A stretch of DNA of 64,000 bases, from assembly GCF_030384885.1 (NCBI RefSeq), contig NZ_CP128613.1, one strand, 5' to 3'. The stretch's first letter is position 1; the number at the start of each line of letters is the position of its first letter. Shown in pieces: positions 1 to 11,542 of the stretch. This DNA comes from Escherichia coli (lineage in GTDB: Bacteria; Pseudomonadota; Gammaproteobacteria; Enterobacterales; Enterobacteriaceae). A program made the position numbers and the translations under genes. The notes under the pieces were generated by a model that saw only the letters and a list, made by a program, of their open reading frames with translations, was not told the origin of the DNA and made no database searches.

Positions 1-732
1 TTCTTTCTCTGTCAGTGAGAAATCCCAGATAGCAAAATTTTCTTCGATACGCTGTTGATGTGTCGATTTCGGAATAACGACCACTCCCCGTTGAATATTC
101 CAACGCAGAATGACTTGAGAAATCGATTTTTGATGGGCATCTGCAATACTCTGAAGCAGATTATTTTCAAAGGGTTTATGTCTTCCACCGCCTAACGGAG
201 CCCATGCTTCAGGCTTCACGTTATAATACTTCATGGTTGCCAGCGCCTCTGGTTGGGCAAAATAGGGATGCAACTCGACCTGGTTGACCATCGGTTTAAC
301 TCTTGCCGTTTCACAAAAGTTCGCCAGAACATGAGGATAGAAATTGGAAACCCCAATTGCTTTTAATTTGCCCTCTTCATAGGCATCTTCGAGTGCACGC
401 CACGCACTGAAATAATCGCGCATAGCCTGGTGCAATAAATAGAGGTCGAAGTATTCTAGTCCCGATTTTTTTAATGACGCTTCAATACCTGCTTTTGCCG
501 TATCCTGATTCAACATATCCTGCACCCACAATTTAGACGTTATAAATAACTCATCTCGGGTACATAAACCTTCAGATATAGCTTCACGAACGGCTTCACC
601 GACGGCATCTTCATTACCGTATACCGCTGCAGTGTCGATGAGTCGATAACCCGTGCGGATAGCGTTCAACACTGACTGTTTGCACACGTTTTTATCGGTA
701 ACCTGAAAAACACCAAATCCCATCATCGGCAT
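1..732 (-). CDS. aldo-keto reductase, partial (C-terminal end runs off the window start)
   Basis: Open frame from ATG at 730-732 down to position 1; N-term MPMMGFGVFQ, internal NQVELHP and LEYFDLYLLHQ motifs, C-terminal IEENFAIWDFSLTEKE; absent from ORF track because open at window edge. Confidence 0.7.
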   Translation of the reverse strand, partial: MPMMGFGVFQVTDKNVCKQSVLNAIRTGYRLIDTAAVYGNEDAVGEAVREAISEGLCTRDELFITSKLWVQDMLNQDTAKAGIEASLKKSGLEYFDLYLLHQAMRDYFSAWRALEDAYEEGKLKAIGVSNFYPHVLANFCETARVKPMVNQVELHPYFAQPEALATMKYYNVKPEAWAPLGGGRHKPFENNLLQSIADAHQKSISQVILRWNIQRGVVVIPKSTHQQRIEENFAIWDFSLTEKE

Positions 733-1013
733 TTTCAGATTGTTACTTAATACGGAAAATTCCACTGTCAGTCCCTCCATTAGGCATGAACAATGAGTCT
801 ACGTTAAAACGTAACCTCAAATTAGTATGTGGATTTTGATATCACTTATGCAAAAAATTCATTAATAATGTAGGACTGAAACCTCTCTATTTTCGGGGAC
901 AACGAAGCAGACGCTACCAGTGCTTTTGCCTTCGCCCTTGCTGTTTTTGATACACTTAGGGCCCAGGGCATAACGAAAATGTGCGATATGACAAAGAATT
1001 AACGGAGAATGTG

Positions 1014-1871
1014 ATGATCAGGCAGAAGATTCTACAGCAGCTCCTGGAGTGGATTGAGTGCAATCTTGAGCACCCTATTTCAATCGAAGATATCGCACAG
1101 AAATCTGGCTACAGCAGACGCAACATCCAGCTTCTGTTCCGAAATTTCATGCATGTGCCTTTGGGAGAATACATTCGCAAACGAAGGCTTTGTCGTGCCG
1201 CCATTCTTGTCCGGCTCACCGCGAAATCTATGCTTGATATTGCACTCTCTTTGCATTTTGATTCACAGCAGTCATTCAGCCGCGAATTTAAAAAGTTATT
1301 CGGCTGCTCTCCCCGTGAATACCGCCACCGTGATTATTGGGATCTCGAAAATATCTTCCCTTCTTTTTTAATACGTCAACAGCAAAAGACGGAGTGTAGA
1401 TTAGTCAACTTTCCTGAGACACCTATTTTTGGCAATTCATTTAAATATGATATTGAAGTGTCGAATAAATCACCGGATGAAGAAGTCAAACTGCGACGTC
1501 ATCATTTAGCCAGATGTATGAAGAATTTTAAGACGGATATCTATTTCGTCTCCACGTTCGAACCGTCAACAAAATCGGTCGATTTGCTCACAGTTGAAAC
1601 TTTTGCCGGTACGGTATGCAAACAAACCGATTCAGAGATGTCGAAAGAGTGGACAATTAACCGAGGACTGTATGCCTCTTTCCGCTATGAAGGTGAGTGG
1701 GAGCACTACCCTGAATGGGCGCGAAACCTCTATCTGATGGAATTACCTGCCAGGGGGTTAGCCAGAGTGAACGGCAGTGATATTGAGCGATTTTATTACA
1801 ATGAAGATTTCGTAGAAAAGGATAGCAATGATGTTGTTTGCGAAATATTTATCCCTGTTCGTCCGGTTTAG
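1014..1871 (+). CDS. ykgA: AraC-family transcriptional regulator
   Basis: ORF 981-1871; internal ATG at 1014 preceded by GGAGA; N-terminal AraC-type HTH-like region; neighbourhood next to eaeH. Confidence 0.55.
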   Translation: MIRQKILQQLLEWIECNLEHPISIEDIAQKSGYSRRNIQLLFRNFMHVPLGEYIRKRRLCRAAILVRLTAKSMLDIALSLHFDSQQSFSREFKKLFGCSPREYRHRDYWDLENIFPSFLIRQQQKTECRLVNFPETPIFGNSFKYDIEVSNKSPDEEVKLRRHHLARCMKNFKTDIYFVSTFEPSTKSVDLLTVETFAGTVCKQTDSEMSKEWTINRGLYASFRYEGEWEHYPEWARNLYLMELPARGLARVNGSDIERFYYNEDFVEKDSNDVVCEIFIPVRPV

Positions 1872-1991
1872 TTATCGCTATGTCTAAATGAATTTATAAC
1901 AAGACTACTGTCAGGCAATTCAATAAATAATGGCGTTGAAGATGTCAACGCCATTATTGTTTATTAGAATGTTACTTTCATACTCTTAATA

Positions 1992-4900
1992 TTATTTCAT
2001 CGCCTCCTCGCCCGTTGCCGTATTGGCATCCACCGCGGTAATGGTCACCGTCACTGGCTTCATTTCGTACCCGCCATAGGTCAGGGCGTTAAATGTGAAC
2101 GTATAGACACCAGGCTTGCTGGTACTAAATGTACGCGTGATTTTTCCGCTCACGAAATGGTCATTTTTCGACGGCAGGAACTGATAATCCTTCTCCGTCA
2201 CCCCTTCCGGCGTCTGAATGTCGACCCACATATTCCCGCCAACGGGGTTATTTGCCGACATCAGGGTCACCTCCAGCTTCGCAGTCGATTTCCCATCCGC
2301 CACCAGAGATTGCACATCAGATGATGCGGCGAGCACCGCGTTTTTATCATCCGCCACGAAACTGGATTCAGCCGTTTTCGTTGATACCTGACCGTTGTCC
2401 TGACTCACTTGCGCCGTAAGTGTATATTTCGCTGCAACAGTCGTGGTGGCGGTGAAAATAGCCTGCCCTTGCTCATTCGTTGTCGCTGTGCCATTCGGTT
2501 CCAGGTTTAACGAAGCCGGGCTGGCGGTCAGCGTCACTTCGCTATCTTTCAACAAATTGTTATTGGCATCAGTCACCGTAACTTTATACGTCTGTTTGGC
2601 TTTGCCATCCGCCACTGCACGGTTGCCAATCACCTCAATACTGGAGATGGTCGCCGTAGTCTTATCCGCCACAAACGTAATGCTCTTCGCGTCTGAAGGC
2701 TGGTTATTTCCTGCTGAAGCCGTGATCTCATACGTTCCGGCAGTCACTGAAACCACCTGCAACTCTGCTTTCCCCTCATCGTTGGCTTTCACCCAGACAT
2801 TATCGCCAGTAAGCGGTTTGACACCCCGGGGCAGATTAAATGTCACCAGAGTTCCTGGAACAGGGTTACCGTTTTTATCCTCAACGGTCGCCGTCAGCGT
2901 AAAGGCATCTTTGCCGTTTGCCACTTTTTGAGCGGCAGTGTCAACCTGCAGGTTTGCCTGACCGGTGCTGGCGTCTGCGTTGAATTTCACCGTGACCGTC
3001 TTCTGAGCATTATTCACTGAGGCCGTGATACTGTGTTCCCCAGCAACGGTTGCTATCAACTCAATGTCCGCTTTACCTGCCGCATTGGTTGTTACTGTAT
3101 TCCCCGTCTTGCTAGTCACACCCTGCGGTAAAGTCAGCGTAACTTCTTGCCCCTGCAACGGGTTACCATAGCTGTCCACGACGGTCAGGGTTACCTGGTT
3201 AGCAGACTGTCCATTTGCCAGTTGGTTATTCACCTTCACCGCCATATCACTGATCACTGCCCGGGAAGCGTCGCCTGCAACATTCAGCACCAATGGCTGA
3301 GCAACGGCATTTTGGCCGTTCACGCGTGGCATGACAGACAACTGACCTGCAGCCGATCCCAGCGTTAAGGTCGACACGTAGACCCCATTACCTTTCTCTG
3401 TCCAGTTTCCTGCTGAAGGACGCTCACTCCCCGTGCTGGCGGCACCGCTAAACACTGGTGCATCTGGCTTCAGCCCGGTGACCGGGTTCCCGTACGCATC
3501 CTTCACGGTGAAGGTGAGTTCCGTCGTCGTTTTAACCGTTGGAGTCTTATTGTCCGCAACAAGCGTAGAGTTCGCTGATGACATCTCCCCGGCGATGACC
3601 GTCAACTGCGCGGCTTCGGTGGCTGCTGGCTGGCCGTTGAAGAGCGGCATGACACGAAGCTCGCCCGTCTTTCCGCCTGTGGTCAACGTAGCAACATAGG
3701 AACCGTCACCTTTTTCGGTCCAACTGGAAATAGTCGCCCCTTCAGAGGCGGTCCCCGTCAAACTTGCCGACAACGAAAGACCACTGATAGCGTTGCCATG
3801 CGCATCTTTCGCCACCAGCGTCACGGTTGTGCTTTCGCCTGCTTTTACGCGATCTGCGGCTACAGACACTGTCGACTGGCCTGAAGATAACGCATCAGCC
3901 ACCACGGTTACTTTTGCCGCGTTTGCTGCCGCGTCCTGCCCATTGAGCTTCGGCATAACCTCTAATTCACCCGCCGTAGAGCCGAGAGTAATTTGCGCAG
4001 TCCACGTCCCATCACCATTATTTGTCCAGCCCGATGCCGTAGAACCTACAGCAGCGGCACCCGCTAATGACGGCGCTTCCGGCGTGAGGCTGGTCACAGG
4101 GTTGTCATAGGCATCTTTTGCCGTCCAGATTGCCGTAACTGTACCGCCAACCACCGGTTTATCAGGATTCAGTGTGATGGACGAATGTGCTGCATCAAGC
4201 GGCCCGGCAACAAACTTCAGCGTTTGTTGTAACGTGCCCAGCTGATACTGCTCGCTGAAGGCACGCACAACAACGTTTCCGGCACGGGTCGAAGAAACCG
4301 TGGCGCTGTAAACCCCTGGTTTTATTTCCGAAATGGCACCAACGGTTACACCATTAGTGTCTTGCGGAACAAGTCGCAGGCGGCTGGCTTCTCCCGTCAC
4401 CGGATTACCCTCGGAGTCCACCGCTGTCAGTGTCAGCGTGTAGGCTTGCTGACCATCAGCAACCACATCACCTGACGGCTCGTTAGCGCTCAGGGTGGAG
4501 TTTGCCACATCCATCATCGTGGCCCGCAGTTCTGCAGTGACAGTTTTGCTCATGTCATCAACGCTAACAGTAATCGTTACCTCACCTGACTGCGTTCCGG
4601 TAGTAAAGACAGACTGATACACCCCTGCTTCAGTTTCGGTGAACTCACCCAGTGTGGGTTTTGCCTGTGATTTAGTGGCCTTCAGGGTACGAGTCACAAT
4701 ATTTCCAGCCGGTTTGAAGGTTAGTTCAGTCTTGATCTGATCTTTCATGCCCGTGACTGGCTGGCCCTCGGCGTCGCGCAGAGACAGCACCAGCGGCTTT
4801 TGCTCATTACCGTTAGCAAGCATTTGAATACTGCTCTGACCGTCAAGCGTTAACGCCGTACGATCGGCGCTCATACCAGCTCCGCTAATAACCACTTCTG

Positions 4901-6245
4901 TCTGCACACGTTTCGAGGCATTGCCTTTGTTATCGTAGGCAACTGCTGAAATCGCATAATAATTGTCTTTGCCTGGACGGTAAGCCGGGAGCGTTACTTG
5001 CCACTGACTACCCTGACCGGTAATTTTGCCACCTTCAGCCAGTAATGACGGCGCTTCCCACTGCACATTTTTCAGTCCGTGAGTTGCTTTGCTGACCACA
5101 AGCCCCAGGGAAACCGTCTGACCGCCCTTGCCTTCAATACGCTCAGGCAGAGCAATACGGATCACTTCAGATTTGCGGTACTCAAGAACGATGTTGTTAT
5201 TACGCTCAACCAGGTCATAGCGGCTGCCTGCCAGCATTCGACGCTCGCGAATGCTGTCTGTATCGAGTTGTTTTTGCAGAGGTTCGCCAATTCGGTAGTT
5301 AACTTCCAGGCCAAAGCGAGTGTCATTCTCACCACTCTTGCCCTGCTTATGCCCGGCGCTCAGTGTCAGAAGAGGCACTGGTGTATAGGTTACCTCGGCA
5401 GAAATAGCATGCGGGTCTTTCTGGCGTTTATCTTTACCAAACAGCCCGACTTCATCGCCATAATACTGCTCATACATCAGGCTTGCGCCAAGCTGCGGCC
5501 AGGCAGGTAAATAGCCCTCAGCACGAATATCCCAGCCATTCGCCGGGCGTTCCTGATAATCCTCAACATCCGGTGATTTTTTCCAGCCAGAAGCCCGGAT
5601 ATAACCATTGGCGCTCAGTTTCAAATAATCACGCCAGTATTCCGCACCAACACCAATGCGGGTATGACTACGGGATAAATCATGATCGATAAAAGTATTC
5701 ACCCCCGCCATCCAGTCATTTCCTGAAAAATGACGCCAGCCAAAACCAATATTTGACTGAGTACGATCGTCGGTACGATGTATTGCCCCCTGAGTGAACA
5801 ACATATTTGTCGGCGTGTCATAAATCGGATAAAGCATTTCCAGCGAAGAGTCCTTCAGCGAGAAATTTTTATCGACATTCAGTTTGACGCGCGCAGTACC
5901 ATATTTCCCGAGCCACTCCTGTATTTCCTGGTTAGCTTTAGCTGTGGCCATTCCGGTAATAAAGTTACGTGTCGCATCGCTATCTGGCTGACTGCTTAAA
6001 AATGTCCCGGCATTTGCGGCAAACGATGCGACATTTTTCTCCACATTATTATCAGCAGCTACCGTGGTATTTTCCATGCTCAACCGTGGCTGAACCGCAT
6101 GCTGCGCGCGTGCTGCCATTACTGGGGTAAAGGTGACAGCGAGTGGGAAAAGAACCTGAACAGAGATATTTGCCCACGCCACGCAGCGGGCCAGAACTGA
6201 ATAACGAAATCGTGGTTGTTTATGACCTGTTTTATAACGTGACAT
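1992..6245 (-). CDS. fdeC: intimin/invasin-like adhesin with beta-barrel anchor and tandem Big domains
   Basis: 1417-aa ORF; N-terminal beta-domain then repeated Ig-like modules (TVTLTA.D..GNP.. repeats); matches recollection of FdeC/EaeH. Confidence 0.85.
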   Translation of the reverse strand: MSRYKTGHKQPRFRYSVLARCVAWANISVQVLFPLAVTFTPVMAARAQHAVQPRLSMENTTVAADNNVEKNVASFAANAGTFLSSQPDSDATRNFITGMATAKANQEIQEWLGKYGTARVKLNVDKNFSLKDSSLEMLYPIYDTPTNMLFTQGAIHRTDDRTQSNIGFGWRHFSGNDWMAGVNTFIDHDLSRSHTRIGVGAEYWRDYLKLSANGYIRASGWKKSPDVEDYQERPANGWDIRAEGYLPAWPQLGASLMYEQYYGDEVGLFGKDKRQKDPHAISAEVTYTPVPLLTLSAGHKQGKSGENDTRFGLEVNYRIGEPLQKQLDTDSIRERRMLAGSRYDLVERNNNIVLEYRKSEVIRIALPERIEGKGGQTVSLGLVVSKATHGLKNVQWEAPSLLAEGGKITGQGSQWQVTLPAYRPGKDNYYAISAVAYDNKGNASKRVQTEVVISGAGMSADRTALTLDGQSSIQMLANGNEQKPLVLSLRDAEGQPVTGMKDQIKTELTFKPAGNIVTRTLKATKSQAKPTLGEFTETEAGVYQSVFTTGTQSGEVTITVSVDDMSKTVTAELRATMMDVANSTLSANEPSGDVVADGQQAYTLTLTAVDSEGNPVTGEASRLRLVPQDTNGVTVGAISEIKPGVYSATVSSTRAGNVVVRAFSEQYQLGTLQQTLKFVAGPLDAAHSSITLNPDKPVVGGTVTAIWTAKDAYDNPVTSLTPEAPSLAGAAAVGSTASGWTNNGDGTWTAQITLGSTAGELEVMPKLNGQDAAANAAKVTVVADALSSGQSTVSVAADRVKAGESTTVTLVAKDAHGNAISGLSLSASLTGTASEGATISSWTEKGDGSYVATLTTGGKTGELRVMPLFNGQPAATEAAQLTVIAGEMSSANSTLVADNKTPTVKTTTELTFTVKDAYGNPVTGLKPDAPVFSGAASTGSERPSAGNWTEKGNGVYVSTLTLGSAAGQLSVMPRVNGQNAVAQPLVLNVAGDASRAVISDMAVKVNNQLANGQSANQVTLTVVDSYGNPLQGQEVTLTLPQGVTSKTGNTVTTNAAGKADIELIATVAGEHSITASVNNAQKTVTVKFNADASTGQANLQVDTAAQKVANGKDAFTLTATVEDKNGNPVPGTLVTFNLPRGVKPLTGDNVWVKANDEGKAELQVVSVTAGTYEITASAGNNQPSDAKSITFVADKTTATISSIEVIGNRAVADGKAKQTYKVTVTDANNNLLKDSEVTLTASPASLNLEPNGTATTNEQGQAIFTATTTVAAKYTLTAQVSQDNGQVSTKTAESSFVADDKNAVLAASSDVQSLVADGKSTAKLEVTLMSANNPVGGNMWVDIQTPEGVTEKDYQFLPSKNDHFVSGKITRTFSTSKPGVYTFTFNALTYGGYEMKPVTVTITAVDANTATGEEAMK

Positions 6246-6795
6246 TGAGATAATTTCCTGATGAACGAATTAACGAACATAGGCAAACACAAATAATGGT
6301 GTCTGCTTGTCAGAAAAGCCGGGGATTTCCCGGTTTCCTTTTCCGCAGAAAAGGAAATACCTTTATGTAAGAAAGTACACCGCCACCTAATATATCCAGT
6401 GTCTGTAGCCACTCATCAGGTGGGTGGGCGCGGGATTATATTTTTATTTATGGGTAAAAATTTAGCTTTTTGTGCAAGTCATTAAATAGATACCTAAGTT
6501 ATATTTCTTACTCTGCGGACAGTGAATAATTCATTATTCAGAGTGAATAATAATGACCTGCTTTTAATTTACCACGATTGGAAATACGTCGAAGTAGGTA
6601 TATACGCCAGGATAAACCGATATATTTTTTTTGGATATTCATTTTCCTTCATCGGACTGTAAATTGCGGGGATATCGAACTTGCACGACTCATCGCAACA
6701 CTCAAACAGATTTATGAATTTCGTTCATAACCCCTGACAAATCCTGCCGTCTAATCGAGCTCTTCCCTTTACGTTATGCTTCTCATGAACGATAA

Positions 6796-7386
<591 letters not shown>

Positions 7387-7578
7387 GCGATTATGCATCT
7401 ACCTATTTACGTCGGTCACTCAGTCAGAGTCTTGCCCATATTCAATGAGGTTCAACACCGCAGCCAATGAAAAGTAGGCCATGCGGGGATTAATAGCATT
7501 ACTCATTAACCAATCGCTCTTTTCATTTACGTGCTCTTTATGTAACGTATTGCTTTTATTGATCTTCCTAGAGTTTGC

Positions 7579-7935
7579 ATGAATAAGAATCTCATCCTCG
7601 CATTTGCATTATTTTCCTTACCTGTATTTGCAGAAGAAGATCTGGGGCCAGGCAAATATGTTTGTGACATTAGGATTTCCAGCCTGGATACCGCTACTCA
7701 AATTCTGTCAAAATCCGCAACAGTTCTCGATAATGGAAACAATTTCATCGTTCAAATGCCAAATGGAGATCAATTGTACTCTCCAGATCTGGAAAATGTT
7801 GATGATGGTATAAAACAAAAAGCAACAATAGGTGGAGTGACATTTATTCGTCGTCCAACTTTTAACGATCGCTTCATCGTGGAAGATGGAAATACAGGAT
7901 TCTTCTATAAGATGCGAAACTGCGAGAAGAAATAA
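7579..7935 (+). CDS. hypothetical secreted protein (signal peptide), low-GC islet
   Basis: 118-aa ORF, N-terminal hydrophobic signal-like segment MNKNLILAFALFSLPVFA; AT-rich composition. Confidence 0.45.
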   Translation: MNKNLILAFALFSLPVFAEEDLGPGKYVCDIRISSLDTATQILSKSATVLDNGNNFIVQMPNGDQLYSPDLENVDDGIKQKATIGGVTFIRRPTFNDRFIVEDGNTGFFYKMRNCEKK

Positions 7936-8223
7936 AGGAAGTTTGATAGCGATATCCTCCTGATTTTCAGGCTTTGTACCTGTTCAAGACTTACAACTAC
8001 AAGCCGCTACGTGTTAACGCCTCCCAAAATAACCACCGTTAACCGTAGCGGCCATAGATACTATTATTTTAGCCACATTACTGGTGATAATGATAATTGA
8101 TATTATGGCCGTATAGAAAATAAGTATTAATTATCAGAAAGTTTATTATGTAAACGCGTCCTAATGATTACGTTATTCCTCTTACCGATATTCGCCCAGA
8201 GCAACCATCAATTACACACATCA

Positions 8224-9150
8224 TTAACTTTCTATTTTTACTCTTTTCTCCACCATAAAATCAATAAAAGCACGAACTTTAGAGGGCATTCTCACCCGTG
8301 ATGAAACATAAATATAAAATCCAGGAAATGAAACAGCCCAATCCTCAAGAATCGGCTGTAACTTGCCCGCATTGATATGTTCAGCGATTGCAAAATCCAG
8401 ATGTTGAATGATACCCGTTCCATTCAGCGCCATTCGTATCATGCTTTCGTCATCATTAGAAATATACTTACCTGAAACCTCTATTTCGAACTCTTCATTA
8501 CCCCCCACAACATTAGAAAACTCCCATGCAGAGAGTGCACCGCTACTTTTATGCCGCAACCGAAGGCAATTATGGTTACTCAGTTCCTGAGGCGTTTCAG
8601 GAATACCGTGTTCTTTTAAATAATCTGGCGATGCCACAGTAACCAGTTTAATAAGCGGAGAAACAGGAACGGCAGTCATATGCTCATCCAGTCCTTGCTC
8701 AAGACGTATGCCCACATCACAGCCGTCCGCAATAATGTTAGATAAACCGTCATCCATAATGAGTTCTATCTTTGTTTTGGGGTAACGAGTAAGAAACTCG
8801 CCAATATGAGGCTCAACAAGCATCCGTGCTGCAACACGGGAGGAATTTATTCTCAACAGGCCTGTAGGTTCAAGTTGGGTATCACCAACATCTTTCAAAG
8901 CATCATCAATTTGCCCCAAAGCCGACACCAGCACTTCATACAGACGCTGTCCTTCCTCAGTAAGCGACATATTGCGGGTCGTACGGTATATCAGCTTGGT
9001 GTTAAGACGTTCCTCAAGAGATTTTAAATTCTGGGACAATGCGGCCCGCGTAATACCCATTTCAGAAGCGGCTCTGGAAAAACTGCCGGCACGAACAATC
9101 AGCGCAAACCAGGCAAGAGAAGGCAAAATTGAAGGCTCTATTTTCATCAT
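8224..9150 (-). CDS. LysR-family transcriptional regulator
   Basis: N-terminal HTH (FSRAASEMGITRAALSQNLKSLEERL) from Met at 9150/9147; ORF-track start at 9243 is probably too far upstream; divergent from hydrolase gene. Confidence 0.75.
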   Translation of the reverse strand: MMKIEPSILPSLAWFALIVRAGSFSRAASEMGITRAALSQNLKSLEERLNTKLIYRTTRNMSLTEEGQRLYEVLVSALGQIDDALKDVGDTQLEPTGLLRINSSRVAARMLVEPHIGEFLTRYPKTKIELIMDDGLSNIIADGCDVGIRLEQGLDEHMTAVPVSPLIKLVTVASPDYLKEHGIPETPQELSNHNCLRLRHKSSGALSAWEFSNVVGGNEEFEIEVSGKYISNDDESMIRMALNGTGIIQHLDFAIAEHINAGKLQPILEDWAVSFPGFYIYVSSRVRMPSKVRAFIDFMVEKRVKIES

Positions 9151-9306
9151 TGTAAACCTTAACTTAACACTGTGATAGATATTAGACCATTGATGATAAC
9201 CAATACAAGTCATACTATTACGCCGTTCTCGATATGAACACAAATGCCAGTTGCGGATAATAGAAATGATATTTAAATCTGTTTAGGCAAATCCCTGGAG
9301 CTTGAA

Positions 9307-10227
9307 ATGAAAACGGTTTCGATAAAACACACTTACTGGGATATAGCTGCTGATATCTATTTCCCTGACGATTTTAATAGTGAAAAAAAGTATCCTGCCA
9401 TTATCAGTGCCCATCCAATTGGAAGCTGCAAAGAACAGACATCGGGTAGTGTGTATGGTGCCGCCCTGGCAAAAGCTGGCTTTATCGTCATTGCTTTTGA
9501 TGCCAGTTTTCAGGGAAGCAGCGGTGGAGAACCGCGTTATCTGGAAGATCCAACAATGCGAGTAAAAGACTTCAGCATTGTCGTTGATTACCTTACCACC
9601 TTACCTTACGTTGATGCCGGGCGTATTGGTGTACTGGGTATTTGTGGTGGAGGTGGATATGCCATTAATGCCGCAATGACAGAACGTCGGATTAAAGCCA
9701 TTGGTACTGTCACGGGTGCAAACTACGGGCGTCTTATGCGTGAGGGATTTACAGCGTTTAATCCTATCGGAGCACTCGAAGCAATGGCGCAACAAAGAAC
9801 AGACGAAGCTAACGGCGCAAAACTTCGCGTAGATGATTTACTCCCCTCTTCTCCGGATGCAGCTCTTGAAGCGGGATTAACAGAAATAGACCTTTTTGAA
9901 GCAACAGAATATTATCGTTCGCCACGAGGCTGTGCGACTAATGGGGTAAATCGTTCGCTATTTTCACATCAGACTGTTGCCGTGGGCTGGGATGCTTTTC
10001 ATCTTGCAGAAGTCCTGTTAACTCAACCACTAATGGTTGTAGTGGGCGATAGAGTGGGCGCTTTTGGTGCCTATCGTGACGGCTGCGAAATTATTGGTCG
10101 TGCAGCCTCAAAACATAAAGAGTTGGTCGTGGTTGAAGGTTATTCACATTACGACCTGTATGATAAGCCAGAACCTGTGAAACAGGCGCTCGATAAATTA
10201 ATTCCTTTTTACAAAACACATTTGTAA
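9307..10227 (+). CDS. alpha/beta hydrolase (dienelactone hydrolase-like)
   Basis: 306-aa ORF with GxCGGG nucleophile-elbow-like motif and late His; RBS GGAG upstream. Confidence 0.7.
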   Translation: MKTVSIKHTYWDIAADIYFPDDFNSEKKYPAIISAHPIGSCKEQTSGSVYGAALAKAGFIVIAFDASFQGSSGGEPRYLEDPTMRVKDFSIVVDYLTTLPYVDAGRIGVLGICGGGGYAINAAMTERRIKAIGTVTGANYGRLMREGFTAFNPIGALEAMAQQRTDEANGAKLRVDDLLPSSPDAALEAGLTEIDLFEATEYYRSPRGCATNGVNRSLFSHQTVAVGWDAFHLAEVLLTQPLMVVVGDRVGAFGAYRDGCEIIGRAASKHKELVVVEGYSHYDLYDKPEPVKQALDKLIPFYKTHL

Positions 10228-10399
10228 TAACCTTGCAGGGAGATTCATTATCTCCCTGAGATTTATCCTTTATTGACTACACAACAATAATGAAATTACT
10301 CAAAAAGAATTCTATTAAAGGAAAAAAGCATCAAAAAGTAGCAACTCAACTTATTAAGATTATACGCATTAAAATCAGATAAACATTTGAGGTATTGTT

Positions 10400-11542
10400 A
10401 TGACAAATAAACACCCATCATTGTTTTCTCCTTTTATGCTGACAGAAAAAATAAAGCTACGTAATCGTATCGTTATGGCCCCTATGACGACCTGGTCAGC
10501 GAATCCTGATGGAACCATCTCTGAGCAAGAACTCGAATTTTATAAACGCCGCTCACAAAATGTTGGTTTAGTAATAACAGGATGTACCTATGTCACGCCA
10601 AGCGGCATTGGGTTTACTCATGAATTTGCCGCATATGACGACCGTTTCATTAACAGCCTTGAAAAGTTAGCAGCGGCAGCCCAAAGTGGGGGTGCTCCGG
10701 CTATTTTGCAGATTTTCCACGCCGGTAATAAAGCCATCCCGGAGCTTGTACCAAATAACGATGTTATTAGTGCCAGCGCATCAAGCGTAAAATCTGGTGA
10801 CTTTATGAAGAGAGTGGTACAAAGCAGGGAAATGACTGAAAACGAAATTCAGGAAACCATTAGAGCATTCGGAGATGTCACAAAAAGGGCGATTAAAGCA
10901 GGTTTTGATGGCATTGAACTTCATGGTGCGCACGGATTCCTTCTACAGAATTTCTTCTCCCCTCTATTTAACCAGCGTAATGACCGATGGGGAGGAGATC
11001 TCGAAGGACGTATGCGCTTCCCGCTGGCCGTATTACAGGAAGTAAAAAATGTAGTCTATGAATATGCGACAAAGCCCTTTGCCATCGGTTACAGAATATC
11101 TCCTGAAGAATCTGCAACAGGGGGGCTGCGGATAGAGGATACTTATAAACTCCTTGATCGGCTCATTTCATCCGGTATTTCGTATATACATACCTCGCTG
11201 GTCAGTATTAACGATAGCTACCCTGTTGAGTCGCCAAATGGCCCCCGAACTATTGAATTGATTTTAAATCATATTGCAGGCAGAGTGCCGGTAATCGCTG
11301 CAGGTAAAATACGCACACCGTCTCAGGCTCAAGAAGCAATTTCCACTGGCCTGCCACTTGTTGCGATCGGTAAAGGGCTGGTGATAAATCCAGAATGGGT
11401 GACTTTAGCTGAATCAGGTAGAGGCCATGAAATTCAAACAACCCTTAATCCACAACTTGTTCCTGAATTAACCATTCCGGATAAACTATGGGATCAAATT
11501 CAGACATCGAAAGGAACTGGCTGGTTTCCGTTAATGGATTAA
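10400..11542 (+). CDS. NADH:flavin oxidoreductase (Old Yellow Enzyme family)
   Basis: 380-aa ORF; RIVMAPMTT.. and HGAHGFLL motifs typical of OYE/NemA-type reductases. Confidence 0.75.
   Translation: MTNKHPSLFSPFMLTEKIKLRNRIVMAPMTTWSANPDGTISEQELEFYKRRSQNVGLVITGCTYVTPSGIGFTHEFAAYDDRFINSLEKLAAAAQSGGAPAILQIFHAGNKAIPELVPNNDVISASASSVKSGDFMKRVVQSREMTENEIQETIRAFGDVTKRAIKAGFDGIELHGAHGFLLQNFFSPLFNQRNDRWGGDLEGRMRFPLAVLQEVKNVVYEYATKPFAIGYRISPEESATGGLRIEDTYKLLDRLISSGISYIHTSLVSINDSYPVESPNGPRTIELILNHIAGRVPVIAAGKIRTPSQAQEAISTGLPLVAIGKGLVINPEWVTLAESGRGHEIQTTLNPQLVPELTIPDKLWDQIQTSKGTGWFPLMD

Noticed and set aside
2443-5692. Several plus-strand ORFs (162, 73, 88, 105, 143, 69 aa) inside the fdeC region
   Set aside because: All are antisense to and fully contained in the 1417-aa adhesin gene; repetitive Ala/Thr/Val-rich sequence gives long antisense frames
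6119-6412. 97-aa minus-strand ORF overlapping the fdeC start
   Set aside because: Out-of-frame overlap with the adhesin N-terminus and AT-rich promoter region; no RBS or motif
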